Assembly (NCBI GenBank): GCA_964346325.1
Contig: CAYFUK010000001.1
Coordinates: 1 to 40,885, forward strand
Source of the DNA: an uncultured Candidatus Peribacteria bacterium
GTDB taxonomy: Bacteria > Patescibacteriota > Gracilibacteria > UBA1369 > PNNO01
DNA length: 40,885 bases
Direction of reading: 5' to 3'
Shown: positions 26,733-35,346 of the stretch, in pieces
Position numbering within the stretch: position 1 is the stretch's first letter
Layout of the letters: each line of letters starts with the position of its first letter
Notes under the pieces: model-generated
Told to the model about the DNA's origin: nothing
What the model saw: only the letters and a program-made list of their open reading frames with translations
Database searches by the model: none
Translations under genes and position numbers: made by a program

Positions 26733-28472
26733 TTACCAGCCGCCACCACCACCGCCGCCGAAGCCGCCGCCGGAAAATCCTCCGCTAAAGCCGCTTCCGC
26801 CGCCCCAGGCCGATGACCCTCCCGAGCTTTTTGGAGAGGCAGCCATTGCCGTTGTAGCGTGTGAATTGAAATTACCCAGTCTGTTAACAAGGTAATGTGT
26901 GTTAAAAGCGGTCATATCTTCCGACTCAAACCAATTTGGTGCTTTTTTGTATATATCTTCAAATGCATCGGCCCATTTGTCGGCTAAGTTTAAAGCCATT
27001 GCATAAGGCAGCAGTTTTTCGAAAAGTAGATTTTCCTGTTCCTGAAATTTGATTCTGTCTTTTTCAGCTGTTCTTATATATTCTTCAAGGCCGCGGATTT
27101 CAAAATACATCTTTGCACCTTTAAGTGTTTTTCGCGGCATTGCTCCCGCAAATATAATAAACAAAAGTCCGCTTAAAACAAAAGCAGCAATTCCCATCCA
27201 TCCGCCTAAAGCTATAACAAGTCCTGCCCCGAAAACCGCTATACCAATAAGTATTCCCCCTATTGTTGTATAGGTTTTGCGTACATTCCGGGGATTATGA
27301 ACAAAATACCCGCTTTTGATAAGCCCTTTATAAGTTTGTTTTTTTATTTCGGGCAGTTTTTTATAGAATTTGTATTTTAATTCCGAAATTTTAATTCTTT
27401 CTTTTCCGTCAAACATTTCATCAAGGATCTTTTTTTCCATCGGCTTAAGTTCCGTTGCTTTTGAATATGGCTTTAATAATATTAATTCGTAATCTTTTTT
27501 ATCGCTGAACCATCCTTTTTTCGAGGTAAATTCACGTATTTTAATATATCCTTTAACCGCATAATCAACTACTACCGTTGTAATATCTCTCATATCCAGT
27601 TTTTCATCTATAATTGTGCCCACCTCGGTTGCGTTAAGGTCTTCAGGGGCTTTATAGCGGGGGAATATGGTGTCGCGTGTTTTCGGATCTCGCCCCGTAT
27701 ACCACCATTTTAAAAACAGAAACAAAAATACCGCCACAGGAATCAGCAGAATCCAGTTGTCCATAAAAGCCCACCATATTTTTTTTAATATCGAAGGCTT
27801 GGCAACCATGCCTTTGGGCCATCCCGCAACTATTGTAAAGCCCTCACCGGGTTCAAAACTTTGCGTACCACTGAATTTAAAGGTTTTTGCATCAATTATT
27901 TCAGCTTTGCATGCGCTTTTTGTGCCGCCGTAGTAACCAGTAAAGCATGAGGCTTTCATTTCGGAAGTATCCGCATTTTCAGGCAAAACAACCCTAGCCG
28001 TACTTTCCAGAACAGGAACATCCCAGCGCGTAAATAAATTCCAGTACAATTCATCATGATTTTCAAAATAATTTATCGCGCGTTCTATCTCGTAAGTAAT
28101 AACATATGTGACTTTTTCATTCAGCCATACTTCGGAATCGCCGATTCTTATACTGTAATCATCTTCAAACAATCCTCTGCCTTTTTTATCAATCGGATGA
28201 GGATTGCCGTTTTCATCGGTTACACTTATTAAATTAAGTCTTAAATTAAAAGGATTTCCAAAGCTGTCCTTATAATGTACCGGAATTTCGCGATAGATTC
28301 CGCGATGAGCATCTTTTGTAAAATCAGCGACTATTGTTTCGGTAACGCGTATTTTACCGGATTCCTTTATTTCAATATTCTGGTCGATTGAGGGAAACTC
28401 CCAGTAAGCGTTTGCAACAGCTGATGTTGCAAAGAATACGGCAAAAGATATTAATGTGAGAAATTTTTTCAT
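26733..28472 (-). CDS. DUF2207-family membrane protein
   Basis: Signal peptide, a beta-rich ectodomain, a central TM cluster, and the characteristic Gly-rich tail GGSSAWGGGSGFSGGFSGGGFGGGGGGGW. It lies immediately downstream of LemA, the usual pairing. Confidence 0.85.
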   Translation of the reverse strand: MKKFLTLISFAVFFATSAVANAYWEFPSIDQNIEIKESGKIRVTETIVADFTKDAHRGIYREIPVHYKDSFGNPFNLRLNLISVTDENGNPHPIDKKGRGLFEDDYSIRIGDSEVWLNEKVTYVITYEIERAINYFENHDELYWNLFTRWDVPVLESTARVVLPENADTSEMKASCFTGYYGGTKSACKAEIIDAKTFKFSGTQSFEPGEGFTIVAGWPKGMVAKPSILKKIWWAFMDNWILLIPVAVFLFLFLKWWYTGRDPKTRDTIFPRYKAPEDLNATEVGTIIDEKLDMRDITTVVVDYAVKGYIKIREFTSKKGWFSDKKDYELILLKPYSKATELKPMEKKILDEMFDGKERIKISELKYKFYKKLPEIKKQTYKGLIKSGYFVHNPRNVRKTYTTIGGILIGIAVFGAGLVIALGGWMGIAAFVLSGLLFIIFAGAMPRKTLKGAKMYFEIRGLEEYIRTAEKDRIKFQEQENLLFEKLLPYAMALNLADKWADAFEDIYKKAPNWFESEDMTAFNTHYLVNRLGNFNSHATTAMAASPKSSGGSSAWGGGSGFSGGFSGGGFGGGGGGGW

Positions 28473-29177
28473 TTATTGTTCTTTTTCAGATTCTTCTTTT
28501 GACGGCGCGGCTATTTCTTCGGATGAGGTTTCTTCTTCAGTCGGTTTTTTATGTTCGGTTGGTTCTTTCTCTTCTTTTTCGATATCCGCATGTGCCGGTG
28601 TAGACTTGATTTCCGGTTCTTTATCGCTAAAGCTTACTTTTACATTTTTTCTTTCTTCTTCCGCTATTTTAAAGTATTCGCGCTCTTTAAAGCCAAGTAT
28701 TCCCGCAACCAGGTTGTTGGGGAAAATCTGAATTTTAGTATTATAATCTTTAACCGTTCCATTGTAGTAACGTCTGGACATCTGAATATGCTCTTCAATC
28801 TCGGTTAAGGTATCCTGTAAATCAAGGAAGTTTTGATTTGCTTTTAAATCCGGATAGTTTTCCGCAACTGCAAATAAGCTTTTTAATGTTCCGGTTAACA
28901 TGTTTTCAGCTTCGGCACGTTCTTTCGGGCTTTCTGCCTGCATTGCGGTTGAGCGCGCTTTTGTTACTTCTTCAAATACGCCGGCTTCGTGTTTTGCGTA
29001 TCCTTTTACGGTTTCTACCATGTTAGGTATCAAATCCCATCTTCTTTTAAGCTGGGTGTCGATATCCGCCCATCCTTCATCTGCTTTATTGCGTAAGACA
29101 ACCAGTGAATTGTAGACACTTATGGCAAAAATAATAATCGCGATGACTATTACGCCCACAATTAATAAAATATCCAT
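28473..29177 (-). CDS. lemA: LemA family protein with an acidic C-terminal extension
   Basis: N-terminal TM followed by YNSLVVLRNKADEGWADIDTQLKRRWDLIPNMVETVKGYAKHE, AENYPDLKANQNF and RRYYNGTVKDYN. The 55-aa tail is Glu/Lys-rich. Confidence 0.9.
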   Translation of the reverse strand: MDILLIVGVIVIAIIIFAISVYNSLVVLRNKADEGWADIDTQLKRRWDLIPNMVETVKGYAKHEAGVFEEVTKARSTAMQAESPKERAEAENMLTGTLKSLFAVAENYPDLKANQNFLDLQDTLTEIEEHIQMSRRYYNGTVKDYNTKIQIFPNNLVAGILGFKEREYFKIAEEERKNVKVSFSDKEPEIKSTPAHADIEKEEKEPTEHKKPTEEETSSEEIAAPSKEESEKEQ

Positions 29178-29613
29178 TTTAAATATTGGTTAATATTAAA
29201 CTGAAACTTATTTTACCTAAAAAATTCCATTCAGGCCAGTTGTATCTGGTTCTTGCTTGACATTTCGAAGTTATTTGTCGTAATTATATCTTAAATTTAA
29301 ATTAATTTTTTGTGGAAGCATATCAAAATAAAATGGAAACACTTGTTATAAATGATCTGATTATTAGGGATGCCATTGTATATTTGGGCAGTTGTGACAG
29401 GGTAAATGTTGAATAATTTTTTTGGCAGTAAAATCAAATGATTAATAATCGATTATTAAAGATAAGCAGTAGGTTAGTCGGCACATCAAATACCTTTTGT
29501 TAATGAGCTTGGTAAGATATTTGAATTTGATATTTATGTTGATGTGAAAGTTGATGTTCAAAAAAATAGTACATTTTTGGTACGACTTTTTTTTATTGTA
29601 ATCCGTATAATTT

Positions 29614-29642
29614 TTGTATTCGGCATTCCAAGATGGTATAAT
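29614..29642 (+). promoter_or_regulatory. sigma70-type promoter candidate
   Basis: TTGTAT (29614-29619), a 17-nt spacer, then the TG-extended TGGTATAAT (29634-29642). It ends 20 nt upstream of ATG 29663. Confidence 0.4.
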
Positions 29643-29662
29643 TTTTAAAAAGTAAAGTCTAT

Positions 29663-30184
29663 ATGAAAAAGTTTACAAAGGGTACAAAAATCAGAGTTAA
29701 CGATAAAATGCAAAAAGGGTATACTTATGTATTGTCAGAACCCGTTGGCGGAAATTTTCATTCCGAATTTAAACCCGAATTAACTCCAAAACAGATGCTT
29801 GAAATGGGAGTATTTGGCGGTAAATACATGACCGACTGTCGCCGCGAATTTCCTTTAGTCTGGTATGAAAATGCAAAACTAAATCCAAAAAAGCACGACC
29901 CCGAGCTCAATTATTTTAAAATCAACGCAAGCAAGCCTTTAAGCTATTGGATTAAAAAAGGATGGATTTACCCTTTGGATCCGCGCGGATGGTTTCAGTG
30001 GTATTGCAGATATTATCTTGGAAGACGTATTGATGATGAAGATTTAAGGCAGATTAAACGCTGGAAAGCTATGAAAAGGCACATCGCACAAATCAAAAAG
30101 AATTGCGAGCCGCGTGATTTAAAATGCCGGCCAAAACAAAGGCAGGCCTTATTACACTGGGCTTACGACAGCAGAAAGATATAA
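29663..30184 (+). CDS. conserved-looking hypothetical protein (173 aa), basic and Trp/Tyr/Arg-rich
   Basis: ATG ORF with its own promoter. Distinctive motifs are GVFGGKYM and DPRGWFQWYCRYYLGRR...RQIKRWKAMKRH. I cannot assign a family. Confidence 0.7.
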   Translation: MKKFTKGTKIRVNDKMQKGYTYVLSEPVGGNFHSEFKPELTPKQMLEMGVFGGKYMTDCRREFPLVWYENAKLNPKKHDPELNYFKINASKPLSYWIKKGWIYPLDPRGWFQWYCRYYLGRRIDDEDLRQIKRWKAMKRHIAQIKKNCEPRDLKCRPKQRQALLHWAYDSRKI

Positions 30185-30275
30185 TTATTCAGTATCAACC
30201 ATGTCTCTTTGTGAGATTTCTTTTTCTTCTTCCTTACGCGGTATGAGATTTTCAAGTGGCTCGATTATTCTCACA

Positions 30276-30513
30276 TTATCCGATTAACACTCCGCTTATA
30301 TGAAGCAATGTTGTCGAAGTCACAAATCCAAAGGCATAAAGTGCAAAATTTGCAATTACAGGCATTTCAGATCCATTGGTCGGGGCCGAATAAGGGATGA
30401 CTGATACCGCTAAGCATACCGGAACCGCCGATATTATGCGCAAACGCCGTCCGGGGCAGTAAAAAGGTGAAAAGTGGGATTAAAAAGAGGGTGGATTTGA
30501 AAGTTTTTTTCAT
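30276..30513 (-). pseudogene. decayed HupE/UreJ-family (Ni/Co transporter) gene remnant
   Basis: The N-terminal piece is MKKTFKSTLFLIPLFTFLLPRTAFAHNIGGSGMLSGISHPLFGPDQWI*, with a signal peptide and an HP-x-x-G-x-D box. It stops at 30367. A +1-frame piece, MPVIANFALYAFGFVTSTTLLHISGVLIG* (30365-30276), resembles the family C-terminus. About 110 aa are missing. Confidence 0.45.
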
Positions 30514-30602
30514 TTTAGGTTGATCAATTGGGGAATATTGTATCAAAAAAAAATAGAACTGCACACATTCTATTTTTTAATTTAAGTTGTCGTAACTAAA
30601 TA

Positions 30603-30863
30603 TTAGTCACGTGGCTCTTTGGGCCTTGCCTCGTTAACTGCAAGTTTACGACCATTAAGATCGTGATCATTCAGAGCTTCAATAGCTTTGTCAGCGTCTT
30701 CGTCGTTAACGAAAGTAACAAAACCGAATCCTTTAGGGCGATCAGAGAATTTATCTTTGATGATAACAGCTTCTTCAACTTCGCCATGTTCAGCGAATAG
30801 ATCTTTAAGCTGGTCATCAGTTACTCCCCATTCGATATTCCCTACAAATAATTTTTTAGCCAT
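30603..30863 (-). CDS. RRM-type RNA-binding protein
   Basis: RNP-2 is LFVGNI and RNP-1 is KGFGFVTF. 86 aa, single RRM. Confidence 0.9.
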   Translation of the reverse strand: MAKKLFVGNIEWGVTDDQLKDLFAEHGEVEEAVIIKDKFSDRPKGFGFVTFVNDEDADKAIEALNDHDLNGRKLAVNEARPKEPRD

Positions 30864-31120
30864 ATTGTGTGCGTATAAGTATTAAGGTTTACGGCTTTCT
30901 TGAGTTTATTCATGTCAAACTGTGCACATTTAGGTATAAATAAGGGTTCAAAATCACCGTAGCGCAAGAATATCATAACTTTTGTGCGTTGTATAGAGAA
31001 AAATAAAATTTGACCGAGTCTGAGATTTAGCCTGAGTCTGAGTCTACCAGTAACGACTTGAAAAACAAGGCTAAATGTGTTAAAATAAAGTTAGTAAAAT
31101 AAAAAATAAACAAAAATTTT

Positions 31121-31552
31121 ATGAAAAAGTTATCTTTTTATGTGTTGAGTTTATTTGTTGCTCTTATTTTGGCGACAAATGTTAGTTCAGTTGCATTTGC
31201 ACAGGCACCGCCTGAAATTGATGATCCTTTCGCAACCGATGACGATGATGATACAGCGGATGAAGAGGAAGAAGCTCCGCCGACATTAGAGATAGCGGAA
31301 GAAGAACCTCCTCCGGCTGAAGAACCTCCTCCGGAAGAAGAACCTCCGGCTGAAGAACCGCCGGCTGAAGAACCCCCGGCCGAAGAACCGCCTCCTTCAC
31401 TTGAAATGGCGGAGGAACCGGAACCCACTCACGGTGCTGCGGCTCCCGCTTCTTATTCAGGCGGAAAAACAGCTGACAGCGGACCCGGATTGGCAGTAAT
31501 CGGACTTGGCTCATTATTGGGCGCAGCTGCATTGAGAAAAAGAAAAAAATAA
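31121..31552 (+). CDS. secreted acidic Pro/Glu-repeat protein with a C-terminal sorting-signal-like tail
   Basis: Signal peptide ending VAFAQ-A, an Asp run, (A)EEPP repeats, and the tail SGPGLAVIGLGSLLGAAALRKRKK (motif, TM helix, basic cluster). Confidence 0.75.
   Translation: MKKLSFYVLSLFVALILATNVSSVAFAQAPPEIDDPFATDDDDDTADEEEEAPPTLEIAEEEPPPAEEPPPEEEPPAEEPPAEEPPAEEPPPSLEMAEEPEPTHGAAAPASYSGGKTADSGPGLAVIGLGSLLGAAALRKRKK
31295..31396 (+). repeat. in-frame tandem degenerate 15-nt repeats (GCTGAAGAACCNCCG) encoding AEEPP units
   Basis: The protein reads AEEEPPPAEEPPPEEEPPAEEPPAEEPPAEEPPP. The nucleotide units recur with third-position variation. Confidence 0.8.
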
Positions 31553-31569
31553 ACAATTTTTATATCTGC

Positions 31570-31615
31570 AAAGACCGCCTTTTTACCTTATCAGTAATAA
31601 AGACGGTCTTTTTTT
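31570..31615 (+). terminator. intrinsic terminator candidate between convergent genes
   Basis: AAAGACCG (31570-31577) pairs with CGGTCTTT (31604-31611). Four more inner base pairs follow after a 1x1 mismatch. The T-run extends to 31615. Confidence 0.5.
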
Positions 31616-31636
31616 GATGAGGAATTTACATTAAGC

Positions 31637-32407
31637 CTAAATAATTTCGTATTTTATATTGATTTGCACTTTGATTTCCTGTGATCCCGGTTCGATTTCT
31701 GGAGCCGGTGCTTCCTGAGCCATGTCCATTGAAGCTCTCTCTATACCGTAGCTTTGCGGATAAACAGGTCCGGGAAAAAAGTTTTCATTTATTTCAAGTA
31801 TTCGGCCAACTGTAAAGCCGCCTTCCTCAGCAATAAATTCAGCTTTATCTTTTGCTTTTTGGATTGCATCGGCGCGAGCTTCGTTTTCTATTTCGGTTTG
31901 ATCGTCGATTGTAAAGTTGAGCCGCGAAACACTGTTTGCTCCCTGATTAACAACTTCACTTAAAAGTCCGCTTATTTTTGTAAAATCACGTATTTTAACC
32001 TGTGCGGACTGAGAAACGGTATATCCCACTATTTCGGGTGGGGGACATACTCTGTCTTCACATCTCGGACTTGTATATCGCGGCCGGATGTTGTAAGCGA
32101 GTGTTTTGATATCTTTTTTATCAATTTCCTGACTATCGATATAATCAATCACCGCATTCATTTTTTCCGTATTGGTTTGCTGTGTTTTGGCAATATCTTT
32201 TCCTCCCTGTGTAATAACATCAAAACTGAATTGTGCTATGTCGGGAACACCAACAGCTTCGCCTTCTGCTTGTACATTAAAACTCCTGTAATTTGTGGGT
32301 TCGCTTGACCGATCGTAAACTTTCACAGCTTTGTACCCAACATACGCAAAAGCCAGAACAGCAACAATCGCCACTATCCCGATCAGGTTTTTGATCAGAT
32401 TGTTCAT
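31637..32407 (-). CDS. SIMPL-domain (DUF541) periplasmic/envelope protein
   Basis: N-terminal TM anchor followed by RSFNVQAEGEAVGVPDIAQFSFDV, GYTVSQSAQVKIRD, ARADAIQKAKDKA and a C-terminal IKVQINIKYEI. Confidence 0.85.
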   Translation of the reverse strand: MNNLIKNLIGIVAIVAVLAFAYVGYKAVKVYDRSSEPTNYRSFNVQAEGEAVGVPDIAQFSFDVITQGGKDIAKTQQTNTEKMNAVIDYIDSQEIDKKDIKTLAYNIRPRYTSPRCEDRVCPPPEIVGYTVSQSAQVKIRDFTKISGLLSEVVNQGANSVSRLNFTIDDQTEIENEARADAIQKAKDKAEFIAEEGGFTVGRILEINENFFPGPVYPQSYGIERASMDMAQEAPAPEIEPGSQEIKVQINIKYEII

Positions 32408-32447
32408 TTTAAAAAAGGCTTAAAGAATACTAAATAACATATTATTC

Positions 32448-32648
32448 TTAATTCGTTTTTTTGCCAAGGTTTTCCAATGGGATATTCAAATTTGCGGCAA
32501 CTGTATCTTCCTGCAGATCAGAAGGAAGATCCGAAAAATCTTCGGTATTCGGAGATGATAAAAAATAATAAAGTATCGCGGCAATCACAATTATTACCAG
32601 TGCAAGATAAACCACGAATTTTATGGGCCTGTTTTTGAACGTGATCAT
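32448..32648 (-). CDS. small single-pass membrane protein (66 aa) coupled to the P-type ATPase gene
   Basis: The TM helix is FVVYLALVIIVIAAILYYF. Its ATG lies 1 nt after the ATPase stop (TAACATG). Confidence 0.55.
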   Translation of the reverse strand: MITFKNRPIKFVVYLALVIIVIAAILYYFLSSPNTEDFSDLPSDLQEDTVAANLNIPLENLGKKTN

Positions 32649-32649
32649 G

Positions 32650-35343
32650 TTACTTGTTTTTAAAGTATAAAATTAATTTAAAAATTTCACCTGCAACAAG
32701 AACACTTGCCGCAACACAAATAACCCATATCCAGTCAAATAAAGATAAAGGCATTGTTTCGAATATTTCGTTAAAGAAAGGTACATATAAAATAATAAGG
32801 TGCAAAACAACCGAAGATGCAATTGCACCCAAAAGCCATAAGTTTTTATAAAATGTTTTTATAACACTCTTACTTTCCGACTGCAGATTAAGCACATTAA
32901 ACAGCTGAAACATTACTAAAGTGGTAAAGGCCATTGTACGTGCGTGAACTATTGATTCAGAAGGGTAAAACTTAAATACTCCGAGAGTGCCGAGCATCAT
33001 TATCACGCCTACGCCGAACAACACATAAAACCTTTTTTTTGTAAGAATTCTTTCCTGTTTCTTTTTCGGTTTTCTTTTCATTATGTCTTTTTCAGCGGGT
33101 TCCACACTTAATGCAAGTGCGGGTAAACCGTCGGTGGCAATGTTTATCCATAATATCTGCAAAGCCAATAAAGGCAGATTTCCAAGCATTATTCCAAAAA
33201 ACACCACCATAACTTCACCAACATTCGAACTTAAAAGATACATCACAAATTTCCTTATATTATCAAAAATCCGCCTGCCTTCCTCTATTGCATTCACTAT
33301 TGATTTAAAGTTGTCATCCGTTAAAACCATGTCACTGGCCTCTTTGCTTACATCGGTGCCCGTTATGCCCATCGCAACACCTATGTCCGCCTTTTTAAGT
33401 GCAGGAGCATCATTAACACCATCACCCGTCATGCCCACTATATGCCGTTTTGCTTTTAAGGCTTCAAGTATTTTAACTTTGTGCTTAGGATCGACACGTG
33501 CAAAAACAGCGATATCGCTGATTTCTTTTTTCAGTTTTTTCTTGCTCATTTTTTCCAAATCCTTGCCTTCTACGGCTTTTCCTTCTATTCCAAGCTGTTT
33601 GCCTATGGCCACCGCCGTATTTTTGTGATCACCCGTAACAATAATAACTCCTATTCCGGCTTCCTTACACTCCTTAATTGAATCTTTGACTTCTTTTCTC
33701 GGAGGGTCGATCATTGCCTGTAAACCGACAAAAACAAAACTTTTTTCAAGCTTTTTTTTGCTGTATTTTTTTCCTAATTTTTTATATGCAAAACTCAGAA
33801 CCCTTAAAGCATCATCCGCAAATTCTTCGTTTTGCTTGATTATTTCTTTTTTCATTTTTTTGGTGAGCTTTTTTTCCTTTCCGTTTATCAGAACTTTGGA
33901 GCAAAGATCAATAACAACATCCGGAGCCCCTTTCATGTAGGCGATTTTTCCTTTTCCATCGTCATTTTTATGAATTGTTGTCATTCTTTTTCTTTCGGAT
34001 GTAAAACCCATTTCATCTTCCCTTTTGTATTTTTTCCCGAGTTTATCTATGTCGATATCAGCTTTTTTTGCACTGACAATTAGAGCCCCTTCCGTAGGAT
34101 CACCAATAATTTTCCATTTCTTTTTTTCTTTTTTAAGTTCGGAGTTGTTGCATAAAGCGCCTATCTCAAGCAGTTTTTCTATATTTTTTTTCTTTGAAAA
34201 TCCGCCTTTTGCTTCATAACCCGTTCCTTCCACTTCAATTTCATCTTCGTTTACAAAAAGTTTTTTTACCGTCATTTCATTATGAGTGAGTGTTCCGGTT
34301 TTATCGGTGCATATCATTGTTGTCGCACCCAGAGTTTCAACACTTGGCAGTCTTCTTATGAGCGCGTTTTTCTGAACCATTTTTCTGACACCCAGCGCCA
34401 GAGTTATCGTTACAACCGCGGGCAGCCCCTCCGGTATTGCGGCAACAGCAAGAGCAATAGCCGATATAAGCATTTCGCGCACAAGTTCAAAATCAATATC
34501 TCCGGTTAGGTAGCCCCTTAAAAGTCCTATAGCAAAAACCAGAACACTTATTACAATAACAAGAATCGTTAAAAGTTTTCCCAGTTTTGCAAGTTTATTC
34601 TGTAAAGGAGTCTTTGATTTTTTGGATGTGCTTATCATTTCCGCTATCTGTCCGGTTTCGGTATCCATGCCGGTTTGAATAACAACAGCTTTACCTTTGC
34701 CTTTTGTTACCACTGTTCCCGCAAATACACAATTTATTCTGTCACCCACCCCTTTATCGGAATCGATTTTTTCGGATGTTTTTGATACGGGCGTGGATTC
34801 GCCGGTTAAAGCCGCCTCCTGGGTTTCAAGCTCGCTTTCTTCTATTATTCTTGAATCAGCCGGAATACGGTCTCCCGTTTCTATCTTTATAATATCGCCG
34901 GGTACCAATTTCTCCGCATCCATCTCTTTTGTTTCGCCGTCTCTTATTACCTTGCACTTCGGTGAACTTAATTCCCTTAATTTTTCAATTGCTTTTTCCG
35001 CCTTGTATTCCTGAACAAAACCAAAAATTGCATTTAAAATCAGAATCACTAAAATAACAATCGCTTCGGTAAAATTGCCAAAACCGACTTTTGTTCCGTG
35101 TTCAATAAATACAACAATGATCGAAATAATCATTGCGGCAATAAGCACCCATATTAAAGGGCTTTTAAACTGCTGCAGAAGTATTTCCACAGGCGAAATT
35201 TTTTCTTTTTCTTCCAGTTTGTTTTTACCGTATTTTTCCAGCCTTTTTTTAGCCTCTTTTTCAGAAAGTCCTTTTTCTTTTGTTTCCAAATCTTTTAATA
35301 CGGATTTGACTGTTCTATCGTAATAAGTTTTTTTGTCCGGCAT
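32650..35343 (-). CDS. P-type ATPase, Ca2+-transporting (P2 type)
   Basis: An N-terminal cation-ATPase-N region, the TM4 motif IPEGLPAVVT, the phosphorylation site ICTDKTGTLT, MTGDGVNDAPALKKADIGVAMG, and a 10-TM layout. Confidence 0.95.
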   Translation of the reverse strand: MPDKKTYYDRTVKSVLKDLETKEKGLSEKEAKKRLEKYGKNKLEEKEKISPVEILLQQFKSPLIWVLIAAMIISIIVVFIEHGTKVGFGNFTEAIVILVILILNAIFGFVQEYKAEKAIEKLRELSSPKCKVIRDGETKEMDAEKLVPGDIIKIETGDRIPADSRIIEESELETQEAALTGESTPVSKTSEKIDSDKGVGDRINCVFAGTVVTKGKGKAVVIQTGMDTETGQIAEMISTSKKSKTPLQNKLAKLGKLLTILVIVISVLVFAIGLLRGYLTGDIDFELVREMLISAIALAVAAIPEGLPAVVTITLALGVRKMVQKNALIRRLPSVETLGATTMICTDKTGTLTHNEMTVKKLFVNEDEIEVEGTGYEAKGGFSKKKNIEKLLEIGALCNNSELKKEKKKWKIIGDPTEGALIVSAKKADIDIDKLGKKYKREDEMGFTSERKRMTTIHKNDDGKGKIAYMKGAPDVVIDLCSKVLINGKEKKLTKKMKKEIIKQNEEFADDALRVLSFAYKKLGKKYSKKKLEKSFVFVGLQAMIDPPRKEVKDSIKECKEAGIGVIIVTGDHKNTAVAIGKQLGIEGKAVEGKDLEKMSKKKLKKEISDIAVFARVDPKHKVKILEALKAKRHIVGMTGDGVNDAPALKKADIGVAMGITGTDVSKEASDMVLTDDNFKSIVNAIEEGRRIFDNIRKFVMYLLSSNVGEVMVVFFGIMLGNLPLLALQILWINIATDGLPALALSVEPAEKDIMKRKPKKKQERILTKKRFYVLFGVGVIMMLGTLGVFKFYPSESIVHARTMAFTTLVMFQLFNVLNLQSESKSVIKTFYKNLWLLGAIASSVVLHLIILYVPFFNEIFETMPLSLFDWIWVICVAASVLVAGEIFKLILYFKNK

Positions 35344-35346
35344 AAT

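Noticed and set aside
29334-29417. A 27-codon ATG ORF (METLVINDLIIRDAIVYLGSCDRVNVE) in the 485-bp AT-rich spacer.
   Set aside because: It is too short, has no promoter or conservation evidence I can assess, and is likely chance. The spacer itself remains unexplained.
31138-31556. Two minus-strand ORFs (96 and 124 aa) opposite the Pro/Glu-repeat gene.
   Set aside because: They are repeat shadows: GGS/SSA strings generated by the complement of GAAGAACCNCCG units. The plus-strand ORF has a proper signal peptide and a terminator.
33083-35323. A series of plus-strand ORFs (62-181 aa) opposite the P-type ATPase gene.
   Set aside because: They are nested antisense to a 897-aa ORF that carries all canonical P-type ATPase motifs.
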